Positions 49,083 to 58,692 of a DNA stretch of 64,000 nucleotides are shown here, in pieces. The notes beneath the pieces were generated by a model. It made no database searches. It was given only the letters and a program-made list of their open reading frames with translations, and was not told where the DNA came from. Each line of letters opens with the position of its first letter. Within the stretch, counting starts at the first letter, position 1. Origin of the DNA: an uncultured cyanobacterium (GTDB lineage Bacteria; Cyanobacteriota; Cyanobacteriia; Leptolyngbyales; Leptolyngbyaceae); NCBI GenBank assembly GCA_963766075.1, contig CAVYAN010000051.1, positions 25,859 to 89,858 of the forward strand, in the 5' to 3' direction. The translations under genes were made by a program, and so were the position numbers.

Positions 49083-49613
49083 ATGATGACTCATCAGGTT
49101 TCAGCAACGGAGCCGGACTGGAGCCGTGAACGGATGGTTGGTTGGTGGGATCCGTCCCTGCAATTGCTTCGATCAATCCGAAATTATCAGAAATGGCGAT
49201 CGCGGGGATGGGTGGGTCGTTGGATTAGCAAGATTTATGTGCTGCACCATCGATTTTGGAGTGTCGCGGCGTCAGCCGATATTCCACTGGACTGTCAACT
49301 TGGTGGCGGGCTGATTCTGCGTCACCCGAATGGCGTTGTGATTCATCCGGAGGCGGTCATTGGTCCGAATTGCTTGATTTTGCAGCAGGTGACTCTGGTG
49401 GGTGGGGTCCGATTGGGCGGACATGTGGACATTGGGGCTGGAGCGAAGATTATTCGCCCTGTGACCATTGGCGACCATGCCAAAATTGGGGCAAATGCGG
49501 TGGTCTTGTGTGATGTGCCTGCGGGGGCAACGGCGGTTGGGATTCCAGCCAAGATTATTCCGGCTGTAGGGGGTGCAACGAGCACGGGGTTGGCGGAAAA
49601 AATGAAACTCTAG
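49083..49613 (+). CDS. Second hexapeptide-repeat O-acetyltransferase
   Basis: HPNGVVIHP, IGPNC, IGAGAKI, IGANAVV, AVGIPA. Confidence 0.87.
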   Translation: MMTHQVSATEPDWSRERMVGWWDPSLQLLRSIRNYQKWRSRGWVGRWISKIYVLHHRFWSVAASADIPLDCQLGGGLILRHPNGVVIHPEAVIGPNCLILQQVTLVGGVRLGGHVDIGAGAKIIRPVTIGDHAKIGANAVVLCDVPAGATAVGIPAKIIPAVGGATSTGLAEKMKL

Positions 49614-49809
49614 ATCGCGGAGAGAAAAATCTCTCGCGGCTGTGACTTATTGACGCTGATGGGGCTGGGGCGATCGCTGAATCTTTTGTCTTCATCAACT
49701 ATCTTCATCAACTGTAATGTTTGCTGCCCCTATCCCAGGCGTGCGGGGTATACAGACTGCGGTAATGTGAAGAAAGTCATTACAAGCCTATTTTTTCAGT
49801 ATTGAGTTT

Positions 49810-50778
49810 ATGACCCTAGCCGCTTCTCCTGCTACCCGCACAATTCGGATTGGTTCCCGTAAAAGTAATTTGGCTCTGGTGCAAACCCACTGGGTGCAGG
49901 CAGAACTACAAAAAGCCTTTCCCAACATTACTTTTGAAGTGCAGACCATGAGTACCCAGGGCGATCGCATCCTGGATGTTGCCCTCTCAAAGATTGGGGA
50001 TAAAGGGCTTTTCACTCAAGAGTTAGAAGATCGCATGCTGAGCCGCGAAGTCGATTTTGCGGTGCATTCATTGAAGGATTTGCCGACGAACTTACCTGCT
50101 GGATTGATGCTGGGCTGCGTCACGGAGCGCGAGAACCCGGCAGATGGTTTGGTGGTGCATCCCCAACACCGGGACAAGCAGCTCCACAATTTACCGGAAG
50201 GGGCGGTGATTGGTACCTCTTCGCTGCGGCGGTTGGCCCAGTTGCGCCACCACTATCCCCACCTCAGTTTTAAAGATGTTCGGGGTAATTTGAACACCCG
50301 TTTGGCGAAGTTGGACGCAGGCGAATATGATGCCCTGATTTTGGCGGTGGCCGGACTGGAGCGTTTGGGCATGGGCGATCGGGTTCATCAAATTATCCCA
50401 TCGGAAATCTCTCTCCACGCCGTGGGTCAGGGTGCTCTGGGGATTGAATGTCGGGAAGGCGATAGCGATATTTTGGCGGTTTTAAAAGTATTGGAGCATT
50501 TGCCGACGGCCTATCGCTGCTATGCGGAGCGGGCATTTTTGCGAGAGCTAGAAGGGGGCTGTCAGGTTCCTATTGGTGTTAACACCACAATCGAGGGCGA
50601 TACGCTGACCTTGAGCGGCATTGTTGCTAGTTTAGATGGCCAAACCATCGTGCGAGGGACTGTTACGGGGGCTACTGTTGACGCCGAGGCTTTGGGTATC
50701 CAACTGGCTCATCAGGCCAAAGAACAGGGTGCTCAGGAAATCCTGGATGAGATCTTGGCCACGGTGCAACGGGGGTAG
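49810..50778 (+). CDS. hemC: Hydroxymethylbilane synthase
   Basis: [46 protein letters not shown]. Confidence 0.98.
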   Translation: MTLAASPATRTIRIGSRKSNLALVQTHWVQAELQKAFPNITFEVQTMSTQGDRILDVALSKIGDKGLFTQELEDRMLSREVDFAVHSLKDLPTNLPAGLMLGCVTERENPADGLVVHPQHRDKQLHNLPEGAVIGTSSLRRLAQLRHHYPHLSFKDVRGNLNTRLAKLDAGEYDALILAVAGLERLGMGDRVHQIIPSEISLHAVGQGALGIECREGDSDILAVLKVLEHLPTAYRCYAERAFLRELEGGCQVPIGVNTTIEGDTLTLSGIVASLDGQTIVRGTVTGATVDAEALGIQLAHQAKEQGAQEILDEILATVQRG

Positions 50779-50893
50779 AGACTTGCGGGTAACTGAGCCG
50801 ACAATCCCTCGCCGAACTACTGAACAAGCTACCAAAAGCTGATAGCCTTTAATCAGACAGTGGAGACCCGCTAGGGGAGTGCAAAGGTTCTAA

Positions 50894-52321
50894 ATGCGAA
50901 TTTTGTTTGTTTCGGCAGAGGCGGCCCCCGTTGCCAAAGTGGGCGGCATGGCAGATGTAGTGGGCGCGCTGCCCAAGGTGCTGCGCGCAATGGGGCATGA
51001 TGTGCGAATTTTTATGCCCTACTATGGCTTTTTGCCAGACAAAATGAAAGTTCCCAAGGTCCCTATTTGGCAGGGTACCGCGATGTTTCAGGCATTCAAT
51101 GTCTATGAGGGGATATTGCCTGGAACGGATGTGCCGTTGTATTTGTTCGGGCATCCAGCATTTTCGGCGCGGCGCGTGTATGGCGGTGACGATGAGGATT
51201 GGCGGTTTACCTTGTTTGCTAACGGGGCGGCGGAATTTGTTTGGAATTATTGGAAGCCCGATATTGTTCACTGCCACGATTGGCATACGGGCATGATCCC
51301 GGTGTGGTTGCAGGAGACGCCGGACGTGGCCACCGTGTTTACGATTCATAACCTGGCTTACCAGGGACCGTGGCGTTGGAAATTAGAACAAATGACCTGG
51401 TGCCCCTGGTCGATGCAGGGCCATAACACGATGGCAGCAGCCGTGCAGGCGGCGGATCGGGTGAATACGGTTTCTCCGACCTATGCGCAGCAAATTCAAA
51501 CTCCGGCCTATGGGGAAGAGTTGGAAGGGCTGTTGTCCTTTATTAGTGGAAAGCTGACGGGAATTCTGAACGGGATTGATACTGAGGTTTATAACCCGGC
51601 TAAGGACCGTTATTTAATCGAGAATTTTACGCCGGAAACGCTGGAAAATCGGGTTCAAAATAAGATTTCCCTCCAAGAAGAAGTGGGTTTAGAGGTGAAC
51701 GGCAAGGCGTTTCTGTTTGGCATGGTGACGCGCCTGGTGGAGCAAAAGGGATTTGATTTGCTGCTACAGGTGCTGGATCGGTTTATGGCCTATACCGATT
51801 CGCAATTTGTGCTGTTGGGGACGGGCGATCGCTATTACGAAACTCAGATGTGGCAATTGGCCTCTCGCTATTCGGGGCGGATGGCGGTGTATTTGCTGTA
51901 CAACGATCCCTTGGCCCGACGGATTTATGCAGGGATCGATGGGTTTCTGATGCCGTCTCGCTTTGAGCCCTGTGGCATTGGCCAAATGATGGCGTTGCGC
52001 TACGGTGCTGTACCTATTGTTCGGCGCACGGGGGGATTGGTGGATACGGTAACCCACCATGTGCCGATGGAGGAGTTTGGGACGGGCTACTGCTTTGATC
52101 GCTATGAACCGCTGGATCTTTACACCTGTATGGTCAAGGCTTGGGAAGGGTTTCAATATAAAGATCGGTGGATGGCGTTGCAACAACGGGGTATGCGGCA
52201 AGACTTAAGCTGGGGTAAGTCGGCGATCGCCTATGACCACCTTTATCATGATGCGCTAGGCTGGCCACAGACAGAGGAAACAATCGCCAAAGCGCCAGAG
52301 TTGGCTACCCCGGTGAGTTGA
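50894..52321 (+). CDS. glgA: Glycogen synthase
   Basis: [49 protein letters not shown]. Confidence 0.97.
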   Translation: MRILFVSAEAAPVAKVGGMADVVGALPKVLRAMGHDVRIFMPYYGFLPDKMKVPKVPIWQGTAMFQAFNVYEGILPGTDVPLYLFGHPAFSARRVYGGDDEDWRFTLFANGAAEFVWNYWKPDIVHCHDWHTGMIPVWLQETPDVATVFTIHNLAYQGPWRWKLEQMTWCPWSMQGHNTMAAAVQAADRVNTVSPTYAQQIQTPAYGEELEGLLSFISGKLTGILNGIDTEVYNPAKDRYLIENFTPETLENRVQNKISLQEEVGLEVNGKAFLFGMVTRLVEQKGFDLLLQVLDRFMAYTDSQFVLLGTGDRYYETQMWQLASRYSGRMAVYLLYNDPLARRIYAGIDGFLMPSRFEPCGIGQMMALRYGAVPIVRRTGGLVDTVTHHVPMEEFGTGYCFDRYEPLDLYTCMVKAWEGFQYKDRWMALQQRGMRQDLSWGKSAIAYDHLYHDALGWPQTEETIAKAPELATPVS

Positions 52322-52401
52322 TTTTGGAGTTTGGAGTTTGAAGTTAATCCAAACTCCAAACTAATTAAGTCTTCTAGGTCTCCGAATTGACACCACCGTC
52401 T

Positions 52402-52995
52402 ATGCTGATTTTCGATAAGTTATCTCATCGTTGTGGCCGATGCTTGGGTCGGCTGCTCCTGAGTGGCCTTGGGGCCATTGCGACCACTGTCTTGCTTCCT
52501 GATATTGGCGGTAGCGTGGTCTTTGCTCCCGCCCTGCTGCCGACGGTGACTCAATCCATGGATTCTTACCTAACGCGCACCCACTCCACGAGGACTTCAT
52601 TAGGGGCTCCACCCACGAGGGCTTCATTCACGGAGATGGAGTCCACAGTCATCCAGCGGCCCGTGTTCGCAGCCCAACAGGTTCGGTGGCAGCGGGTCCG
52701 TTTTGCGCCGGGAGCTTCTGCGGCCACGATTAAAGACAGTGTGCTGCGGGGAACGCGTGATATTTACCTTGTGGCAGCGCGGCAGCGGCAAATGATGACG
52801 ATTCAGTTGGTGTCCTTGGAGAATAACGCTACGTTTGATCTCCTTGCGCCGCCGAATCGGTCTGGGAAACGACTGCTTTTGCGCCAAGATGCGATGACTT
52901 GGACAGGATCACTGCCGGAATCGGGTGACTATCGCATTGCCGTGGGCGCAACGCGGGGCAATGCCAGTTATCGCTTGGTGATCTCGATTAAGTAG
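52402..52995 (+). CDS. Hypothetical exported protein with C-terminal PPC-like beta domain
   Basis: RVRFAPGA...RDIYLV.A...Q.M...WTGSLPESGDYRI.V...Y.L.I pattern, hydrophobic N-terminal segment. Confidence 0.65.
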   Translation: MLIFDKLSHRCGRCLGRLLLSGLGAIATTVLLPDIGGSVVFAPALLPTVTQSMDSYLTRTHSTRTSLGAPPTRASFTEMESTVIQRPVFAAQQVRWQRVRFAPGASAATIKDSVLRGTRDIYLVAARQRQMMTIQLVSLENNATFDLLAPPNRSGKRLLLRQDAMTWTGSLPESGDYRIAVGATRGNASYRLVISIK

Positions 52996-53003
52996 CCGAT
53001 TAA

Positions 53004-53146
53004 GGCGATTTCCAGGAAAAATTATACCGACCGAGATTGTTCCCTTCGACTTCGCTCAGGGAGCAATCTCTCGCTGGCTGAGCGGAGCCGTAGTTCACTT
53101 CCCGCAGGGTAGCCAGCAGCAGGTCTATTATTTGTCGGAAATCGCC
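53004..53146 (-). mobile_element. MITE-like element, copy C (complete; 10-bp TIR, TAA target duplication)
   Basis: TAA|GGCGATTTCC...GGAAATCGCC|TAA, 143 bp, non-coding, inverted relative to copies A and B. Confidence 0.85.
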
Positions 53147-53216
53147 TAAGTAGTCGGGGCATGGCACCGCTTTCCTGTGATGCTCTAATCGGTGTCACTA
53201 ATCAAGTTCTGCTGAT

Positions 53217-54041
53217 TCAGGCTCCCAGGGGTTTGTGGGTAGGGATGCCGATCGCCCGAGGGAAAGCTAGGGGGGTAGGGGCGATTTTACGGATATGCAG
53301 ACAGGTACGCTCGCCCAGGGTCAGGGGGGTGGTAAAAGTATCAATGGTTTCCAGTTTGCCTCCCAGTTGAGCGAGAACAGGTTCTAGAGCGACGGTTTCT
53401 GTGGTGTTCCATTGCCCCCGGTACAGAATAACCAGCCCCCCCAGCTTGACTAGGGGCAAAGCATATTCGGCGCAGACGCTGGCGGCGGAGACGGCGCGGA
53501 TCAGCGCCAGGTCATAGGTCGCCCGATGGCGGGGGTGCTGGCCGATGGCTTCGACGCGATCGCACAGGGCTTGAGCATTGGTTATGGATAAAGCATCGAT
53601 CAATTGATTCAGAAAATGAATCTTTTTGCGGGTAGAGTCGAGCAGAGTTAGGGTCCAGTGGGGCAGGGCGATCGCAATGGGGATTCCGGGAAATCCAGCG
53701 CCTGTACCGATATTGAGGACCTTGAAGGGGGAGGGCTGTGGGGCGTATAGCAGGGGGCGAATGCCGCGCAGGGAGTCCCAGAGGTGCTTTTCCCAGAACT
53801 CTTGAGGGGCGGTAATGCGGGTCAGGTTGAATTGTCGATTGCCGGTCAGAATCTGGTGATATAAGCTTTGAAATTGACTCTGTTGGGGAGAACTGGGTTG
53901 CCAATGCAGGGTTTGTTGCCAAAGCTCGTATGGCTCTGGCAGCGGAGAGTCGGATAAGGCAAGCCCAATGGTCTCAGGCTCGGACGATGCCAAGTCCAGT
54001 AATTCCGCTTTCAACAATTCCGATTTCAACAGTTCTGCCAT
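53217..54041 (-). CDS. rsmG: 16S rRNA m7G527 methyltransferase
   Basis: NLTRIT, KHLWDSL, IGTGAGFPG, LLDSTRKK, RAV, PRAIGIP. Confidence 0.95.
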   Translation of the reverse strand: MAELLKSELLKAELLDLASSEPETIGLALSDSPLPEPYELWQQTLHWQPSSPQQSQFQSLYHQILTGNRQFNLTRITAPQEFWEKHLWDSLRGIRPLLYAPQPSPFKVLNIGTGAGFPGIPIAIALPHWTLTLLDSTRKKIHFLNQLIDALSITNAQALCDRVEAIGQHPRHRATYDLALIRAVSAASVCAEYALPLVKLGGLVILYRGQWNTTETVALEPVLAQLGGKLETIDTFTTPLTLGERTCLHIRKIAPTPLAFPRAIGIPTHKPLGA

Positions 54042-54347
54042 GGTAATTTCGCAACTCCCTATTTCTCCTTTATCCTCAATTAATTATTGCGACTTTACGG
54101 TAAAAATAGTGCGGCAATAATGTTACAGTTCCAAGGAATAAAAACTTAATAGAGGTTAGATTTTTCCGTGAGGCGAAGCATGTCTTGCGAGAGGCCCGTT
54201 TTGGACGTTGTCTTTGCCGCATTCTATGAGCCGCAATCCTAGCCTTACTGCCCGATGCTTTGTTCTCTGGGAATACAGTGCTTCGTGAAATGGTTCCTTT
54301 CACGGAAATTTTCCCAGGGGAAAAACTATCTACGAACGTGGAAAGAG

Positions 54348-54794
54348 CTAGGAAAATAGTGGCTGGCGGGTAGGACTTCCCACGTATTTGCATAACTTCA
54401 ACTCTGTGCCTCGGCGATTCCACTGCACTTTGTCAAAAATTTGATGCAAAATAAAGAGTCCCCGACCACACTCCTGGCGCTCACAGGGAGAGCCCTCCCT
54501 CTCGGTGGCTTCACAAGCAGGTACTTCAAACCCCTCACCTTCATCGGATATTACCCACCAGTATTGGCTTCCTGAGGTGTAGAAGCGTACCCAAACGGTT
54601 TTTCGGGGATCCAGATTGTTGCCATGCTTTGCGGCATTAACCAAAGCCTCTTGCAATCCTAGACGAACCTCATGCTTCCACTGTGGGGGAATCTCCTCCA
54701 AAAGCAGATCCAGGATCGGAAGAAGATAAAGGGTAGAAGCGAAACTCAGTGTGTTTGATTTGCGCCAAGCGGGACGGGACGATACAGCAATCAC
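54348..54794 (-). CDS. pmgA: Anti-sigma-factor-like HATPase PmgA
   Basis: SFASTLYL.PILDLLL, RLGLQEALVNAAKHGN.LDP, ISDEGEGF, GRGLFIL. Confidence 0.9.
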   Translation of the reverse strand: MIAVSSRPAWRKSNTLSFASTLYLLPILDLLLEEIPPQWKHEVRLGLQEALVNAAKHGNNLDPRKTVWVRFYTSGSQYWWVISDEGEGFEVPACEATEREGSPCERQECGRGLFILHQIFDKVQWNRRGTELKLCKYVGSPTRQPLFS

Positions 54795-54992
54795 TCAGAA
54801 AACCCCGTAGCCTTCAATAAGGATCAAGCAATCAATAAACCGCGAACGACCAGCAACCTGAACTAAAAGGTCTATCGAAACGTTTACAATACAGCCGGAT
54901 CTTTCTATAAAAAGTTTATAAAGGTGGAATGGTTTATCGTGAAACCGCTGCTCGTTTATTAGGTGACTTAATTAAGATGCAATGACTAATCA

Positions 54993-55061
54993 GTGGTTGG
55001 AAGCCACATCATCAAGGCGACCTGAGCTCAGTTAAGTCGCTCAGTCTCTTTCTCTATAGTA
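54993..55061 (-). promoter_or_regulatory. Putative pmgA promoter and structured 5' leader
   Basis: TACTAT -10 at 55061-55056, followed by hairpins GCGACTT...AGGTCGC and GTGG...CCAC about 200 nt before the start codon. Confidence 0.4.
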
Positions 55062-55212
55062 TCAAAATACATCCGGAAAATCACGTTCAATTTAAATTTT
55101 CTATGCTAGGTAGCGATAGTGTGAAGTTCAGGGGAATTACGGATGCGGAGAAATTGGGAAATAGAAATTGTGGTAATACGGCTGGTAAAGTCCATGGGCT
55201 AACCTCCTGCTC

Positions 55213-55854
55213 TCACAGGAGGCGCTCTAACCGCTGAAAATCTTTTTCGACTTCTGCCCACAGCGCCCGGTTATGGGGATCGGTGTTAAGGGCCTTTTTG
55301 AGGTATATGCGAGCTTTGTGGCACTGCCGATCGCGAATTAACTGTCGGGCCCAACGTTGATAGGCGATCGCCTGCCACTGGGCAATTTCTGGATCCTGAG
55401 GAATCCGCTGAGCTAATCCTTCTACCAAGGCCACCGCTCGGGGAAATCGGCCCAGTTTCAAAAACTGCTGCAACTGTTCATAGGACGTGACCTTGAGTTG
55501 ATGCTCAAGGGGCGAAAGTTTGGGATTGACTTGAATAGAAGGCGCTGGGCGGGGACTCGCAGGTTGCGGCGGGGGTGCTGGACTCACCGTAATCTTGGGG
55601 GGTCGGGGCTGTGGGGATGACTGCGGGGGCGACTGAGAGGGCGACTGGGGGGGCGACTGGGGGGCCGCAGGCTGGGCCGCAACCAAAAACTTATAGGCTG
55701 CCGCGATTTCGATAAATTTGTCCTGGGCATGGCGATCGCCCGGATTCACATCTGGATGGTACTGCCGCGCCAAACGCCGATAACGAGCCTTCACCTCCTC
55801 GAAGGAAGCGTTGACTCGCAGCCCTAATATGCGATAGCAATCCGCAGCAGTCAT
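55213..55854 (-). CDS. DnaJ (J-domain) protein with Pro-rich linker and TPR-like tail
   Basis: YRILGL...YRRLARQYHPDVNP...F.EI..AY. Confidence 0.9.
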   Translation of the reverse strand: MTAADCYRILGLRVNASFEEVKARYRRLARQYHPDVNPGDRHAQDKFIEIAAAYKFLVAAQPAAPQSPPQSPSQSPPQSSPQPRPPKITVSPAPPPQPASPRPAPSIQVNPKLSPLEHQLKVTSYEQLQQFLKLGRFPRAVALVEGLAQRIPQDPEIAQWQAIAYQRWARQLIRDRQCHKARIYLKKALNTDPHNRALWAEVEKDFQRLERLL

Positions 55855-56260
55855 GCGCTGGTAAAAAGACAGGATATGAAGAAGGCGGAATTCTGAGGTT
55901 TGGGAACCTGTCTGAAAACAATAATGTAGAACTGAACCACTCGGATGCCCCGCTGCCCCGTTCCAGTTTCGGCACTCTACCCTTTAGCTGCCCCGACTCA
56001 GACCCTCTGTGCCTATTGTGCCATCGTTGCGCTCAAATGATGGCAATCTCTATCATCTGGGTTGGGCGATTGCGTGGTTCCACGGAGGCGTGGAGGTCAA
56101 GCTAGGAGAGTTGTCTTGGCCATCAGCCCGCCATGGGCAGGGTGATCCAATCGTCATGGGAGACATATAGAGGCATATAACAGGTATATATCAGAGGACA
56201 CAAACGTGTGAACCGACGATTGCTAGAGTAGGGGGCTATGATTTGCTTTATTGCATTGCT

Positions 56261-57529
56261 ATGAACCTTTCTACGCTAATCGTCCTCGCCCTGGGTGCTG
56301 GAATGGGCTTTGGTGCGGTCCTTCACGAAGCGCTGCCCGCCTGGGTTGGACCGCTGAATATGTATCTTTTGGCCCCTCTGGGTCAGGCATTTTTGCGCTT
56401 GATTCAATTTGTGGTCGTACCAATTGTTTTTTCTTCGCTGCTGCTGGCCCTGACCCGTATCCAAAATGCTTCCCAGGTGGGGCGCTACACGGCGAAGCTC
56501 GTATTCAGCTATGTGTTGACCAGTATTGTAGCGGTGGGCATCGGGATTGCCACGGCGATTGTAATGCATCCCGGCACCGGGATGATCGGCCTCGCCCAAG
56601 CGCCGACACAGGCCGCAGGACAGGCCCCAGACCTGATCGCTTGGCTCGTGGGTCTGATTCCCACGAATCCCCTCGAAGCGCTCAGTACTGGAAATTTACT
56701 CCAAACTATTTTTTCCAGTGCGCTGATTGGCATGGGCATTCAACAGGCGGGCGATCGCGCCAGGCCCTTTGTGGCGTTCATTGAAAGTGTCTATGCCATT
56801 AGCGAAAAAATTCTTTTTCTAATTCTTTACGTGGCCCCGGTGGGTGTGTTTGCCCTGATGAGCTCTGTGATTGCGGTCCAGGGCATCGCCATTTTGAGTA
56901 AGCTGTTGACCTATATGCTGGGGGTCATCTTGGCGATCGGCCTCATGACTGGGGTTTATGGACTTTTGCTCGGGATTGTCCGAGGCAAGCCTCTCCATTT
57001 TTTTCGCAGTTTTGCGCCCAGTCTGACCCTGGCCTTTGGCACGGCCAGTTCCAATGCCGCCCTGCCCGTGGCCCTCCAAAATGCCCAAGAAAACTATGGT
57101 CTTTCGCCGACGATCGCCAGTTTTGCCATTCCCCTGGGCACCGCCCTCAAACGGGATGGCATGGCGGTGGGGCAGGCGTTTAATGCCTTATTCGTGGCCC
57201 AGCTCTATAATGTGCCCCTGACGCCTAGTTTGCTCTCCGCCGTGGTTTTAAGTACTTTGTTGGTGTCCTTTAGCACGGCGGGGGTGCCCGGTGCGGGGAT
57301 TGTGATGATGGCGACGATCTTTACAGCGGCGGGCTTGCCGCTGGAAGGGGTGGCAATTTTGGCAGGGGTCGATCGCCTCATGGACAGTTTCCACACCCTG
57401 CTGAATGTGGTGGGGAATACGGCCCATGCGGTGATGTTAGACCGCTGGGAGCCCCAGTCCACAGCACCTGAGGCATCAGCATTAGAATCAGTGGCGACTC
57501 CAGTCTCCCCCGAGGTGAGTGTGCGTTAG
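56261..57529 (+). CDS. Dicarboxylate/amino acid:cation symporter (DAACS) with atypical motifs
   Basis: FLRLIQFVVVPIVF, IPTNP, APVGVFAL, FGTASSNAALP, AGVPGAG, GLPLEG. Confidence 0.92.
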   Translation: MNLSTLIVLALGAGMGFGAVLHEALPAWVGPLNMYLLAPLGQAFLRLIQFVVVPIVFSSLLLALTRIQNASQVGRYTAKLVFSYVLTSIVAVGIGIATAIVMHPGTGMIGLAQAPTQAAGQAPDLIAWLVGLIPTNPLEALSTGNLLQTIFSSALIGMGIQQAGDRARPFVAFIESVYAISEKILFLILYVAPVGVFALMSSVIAVQGIAILSKLLTYMLGVILAIGLMTGVYGLLLGIVRGKPLHFFRSFAPSLTLAFGTASSNAALPVALQNAQENYGLSPTIASFAIPLGTALKRDGMAVGQAFNALFVAQLYNVPLTPSLLSAVVLSTLLVSFSTAGVPGAGIVMMATIFTAAGLPLEGVAILAGVDRLMDSFHTLLNVVGNTAHAVMLDRWEPQSTAPEASALESVATPVSPEVSVR

Positions 57530-57547
57530 GAGGCCATGGCAGGCTAA

Positions 57548-57635
57548 GAGCGATCGCCCCTGGACCGACACCTGCGACCGCTCCACCTGGCGCAGCTCCC
57601 AGATCCGCCCAACCCCCACAGCCAACTCTCAGCCC
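57548..57635 (+). pseudogene. Orphan fragment of a TpsA-like 3' region (direct repeat of 60972-61059)
   Basis: First 49 nt match at 44 positions by manual alignment; SDRPWTDTCD versus SDRPWVDTRD. Confidence 0.8.
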
Positions 57636-57660
57636 TGGCTACCTTTACGGGCGCAACACC

Positions 57661-58536
57661 CTAACGGTCTGGCTGTCGCAACGCTTGAATCTCGGCCAGA
57701 GAAAGGCCCGTGGTCTGGGCGATCGCACTATCCTCCATTGCCCCCAACAAGCGCCGAGCAATCTCGATCTGTACCTCCTGCCGTCCTTGCTGGAGTCCTT
57801 GCTGGAGTCCTTGCTGAAGCCCTTGCTGCTGAGCTTTGGTGATCGCACCCCGCTGGTCTTGGATAAAAATCATCTGATGTTCCAACTCGTCCAATTCCTC
57901 TGGACTCAAGGTGGCTTGATTGGCCATGGCAAAGGCTTGCTGAATCGCTTCTACATCGCCCATCGTCGTCGGAACGACACTCAAATCCCGCGCATGTTGC
58001 AGAAAGTAAATCCATTTCTCGGTTAGCGTCGTCAACTCAGCTAACGGCTGCTGAAACTTCGGCAATTCAACAAAGACCAGTTCCAAGTCATACACTGGAT
58101 AATCAATCAGATGCTGCTTTTCCTTCAGAATAAACCGACTAATCACCGGGTCGATCTCGGGAAACATGATGAAATCCGTAATCGTCAGGGCAATCACCGG
58201 ATTCAGTGCGGGATAGTCTTCGCCGACTTTTAGCTGCATTGAGTAAGCTTTCGCGGCGTTGTAGAGAATCCGTTTCTCAAATCCTTCCACATTCAACACC
58301 TGCATCTCGATAATCACCGTTTCGCCGGTGACTAACTTGGCCTTGATATCCAGGCAGGTATTTTTTACCCCGAGGATTTTGGGCGCTTGGTAAGGATTCA
58401 GAATATCCAGCTCGGCGATCGCCGCTTGCCCTGCGTAGAGAATGCCGTTCAAAAAGCTGATCAATATCCCATGACTCTGCTCAGAGCCAAAGATTTTCTT
58501 GAAGGCAAAGTCGGTCTTGGGATTGATAAAGATCAT
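57661..58536 (-). CDS. Rpn-family PD-(D/E)XK nuclease/putative transposase
   Basis: FINPKTDFAFKKIFG, LDIKA...IIEMQ, FVELPKF, QQGL 12-bp repeats and a terminal HTH-like IAQTTGLS. Confidence 0.92.
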   Translation of the reverse strand: MIFINPKTDFAFKKIFGSEQSHGILISFLNGILYAGQAAIAELDILNPYQAPKILGVKNTCLDIKAKLVTGETVIIEMQVLNVEGFEKRILYNAAKAYSMQLKVGEDYPALNPVIALTITDFIMFPEIDPVISRFILKEKQHLIDYPVYDLELVFVELPKFQQPLAELTTLTEKWIYFLQHARDLSVVPTTMGDVEAIQQAFAMANQATLSPEELDELEHQMIFIQDQRGAITKAQQQGLQQGLQQGLQQGRQEVQIEIARRLLGAMEDSAIAQTTGLSLAEIQALRQPDR

Positions 58537-58692
58537 GGGGAGTGGGGGCGGACTCTGGGTGCGCAGCTATCGCAGCTAATCTCATTGTACCCAGTTCTCA
58601 CGATCGCCCCTAGTGCACCCTGAACACTGCTGAGTTGAGAAAGATCGCCTCCTGGGCACTCTATCAGTAACCTCTCATCAAGGACTGCGACC

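Noticed and set aside
52507..52518. GGCGGTAGCGTG matching the RfaH ops element
   Set aside because: Lies inside an unrelated CDS, not in the EPS leader; likely chance.
54076..54423. 115-aa ORF overlapping the pmgA 3' end
   Set aside because: No recognisable motifs or RBS, and it overlaps a confident gene.
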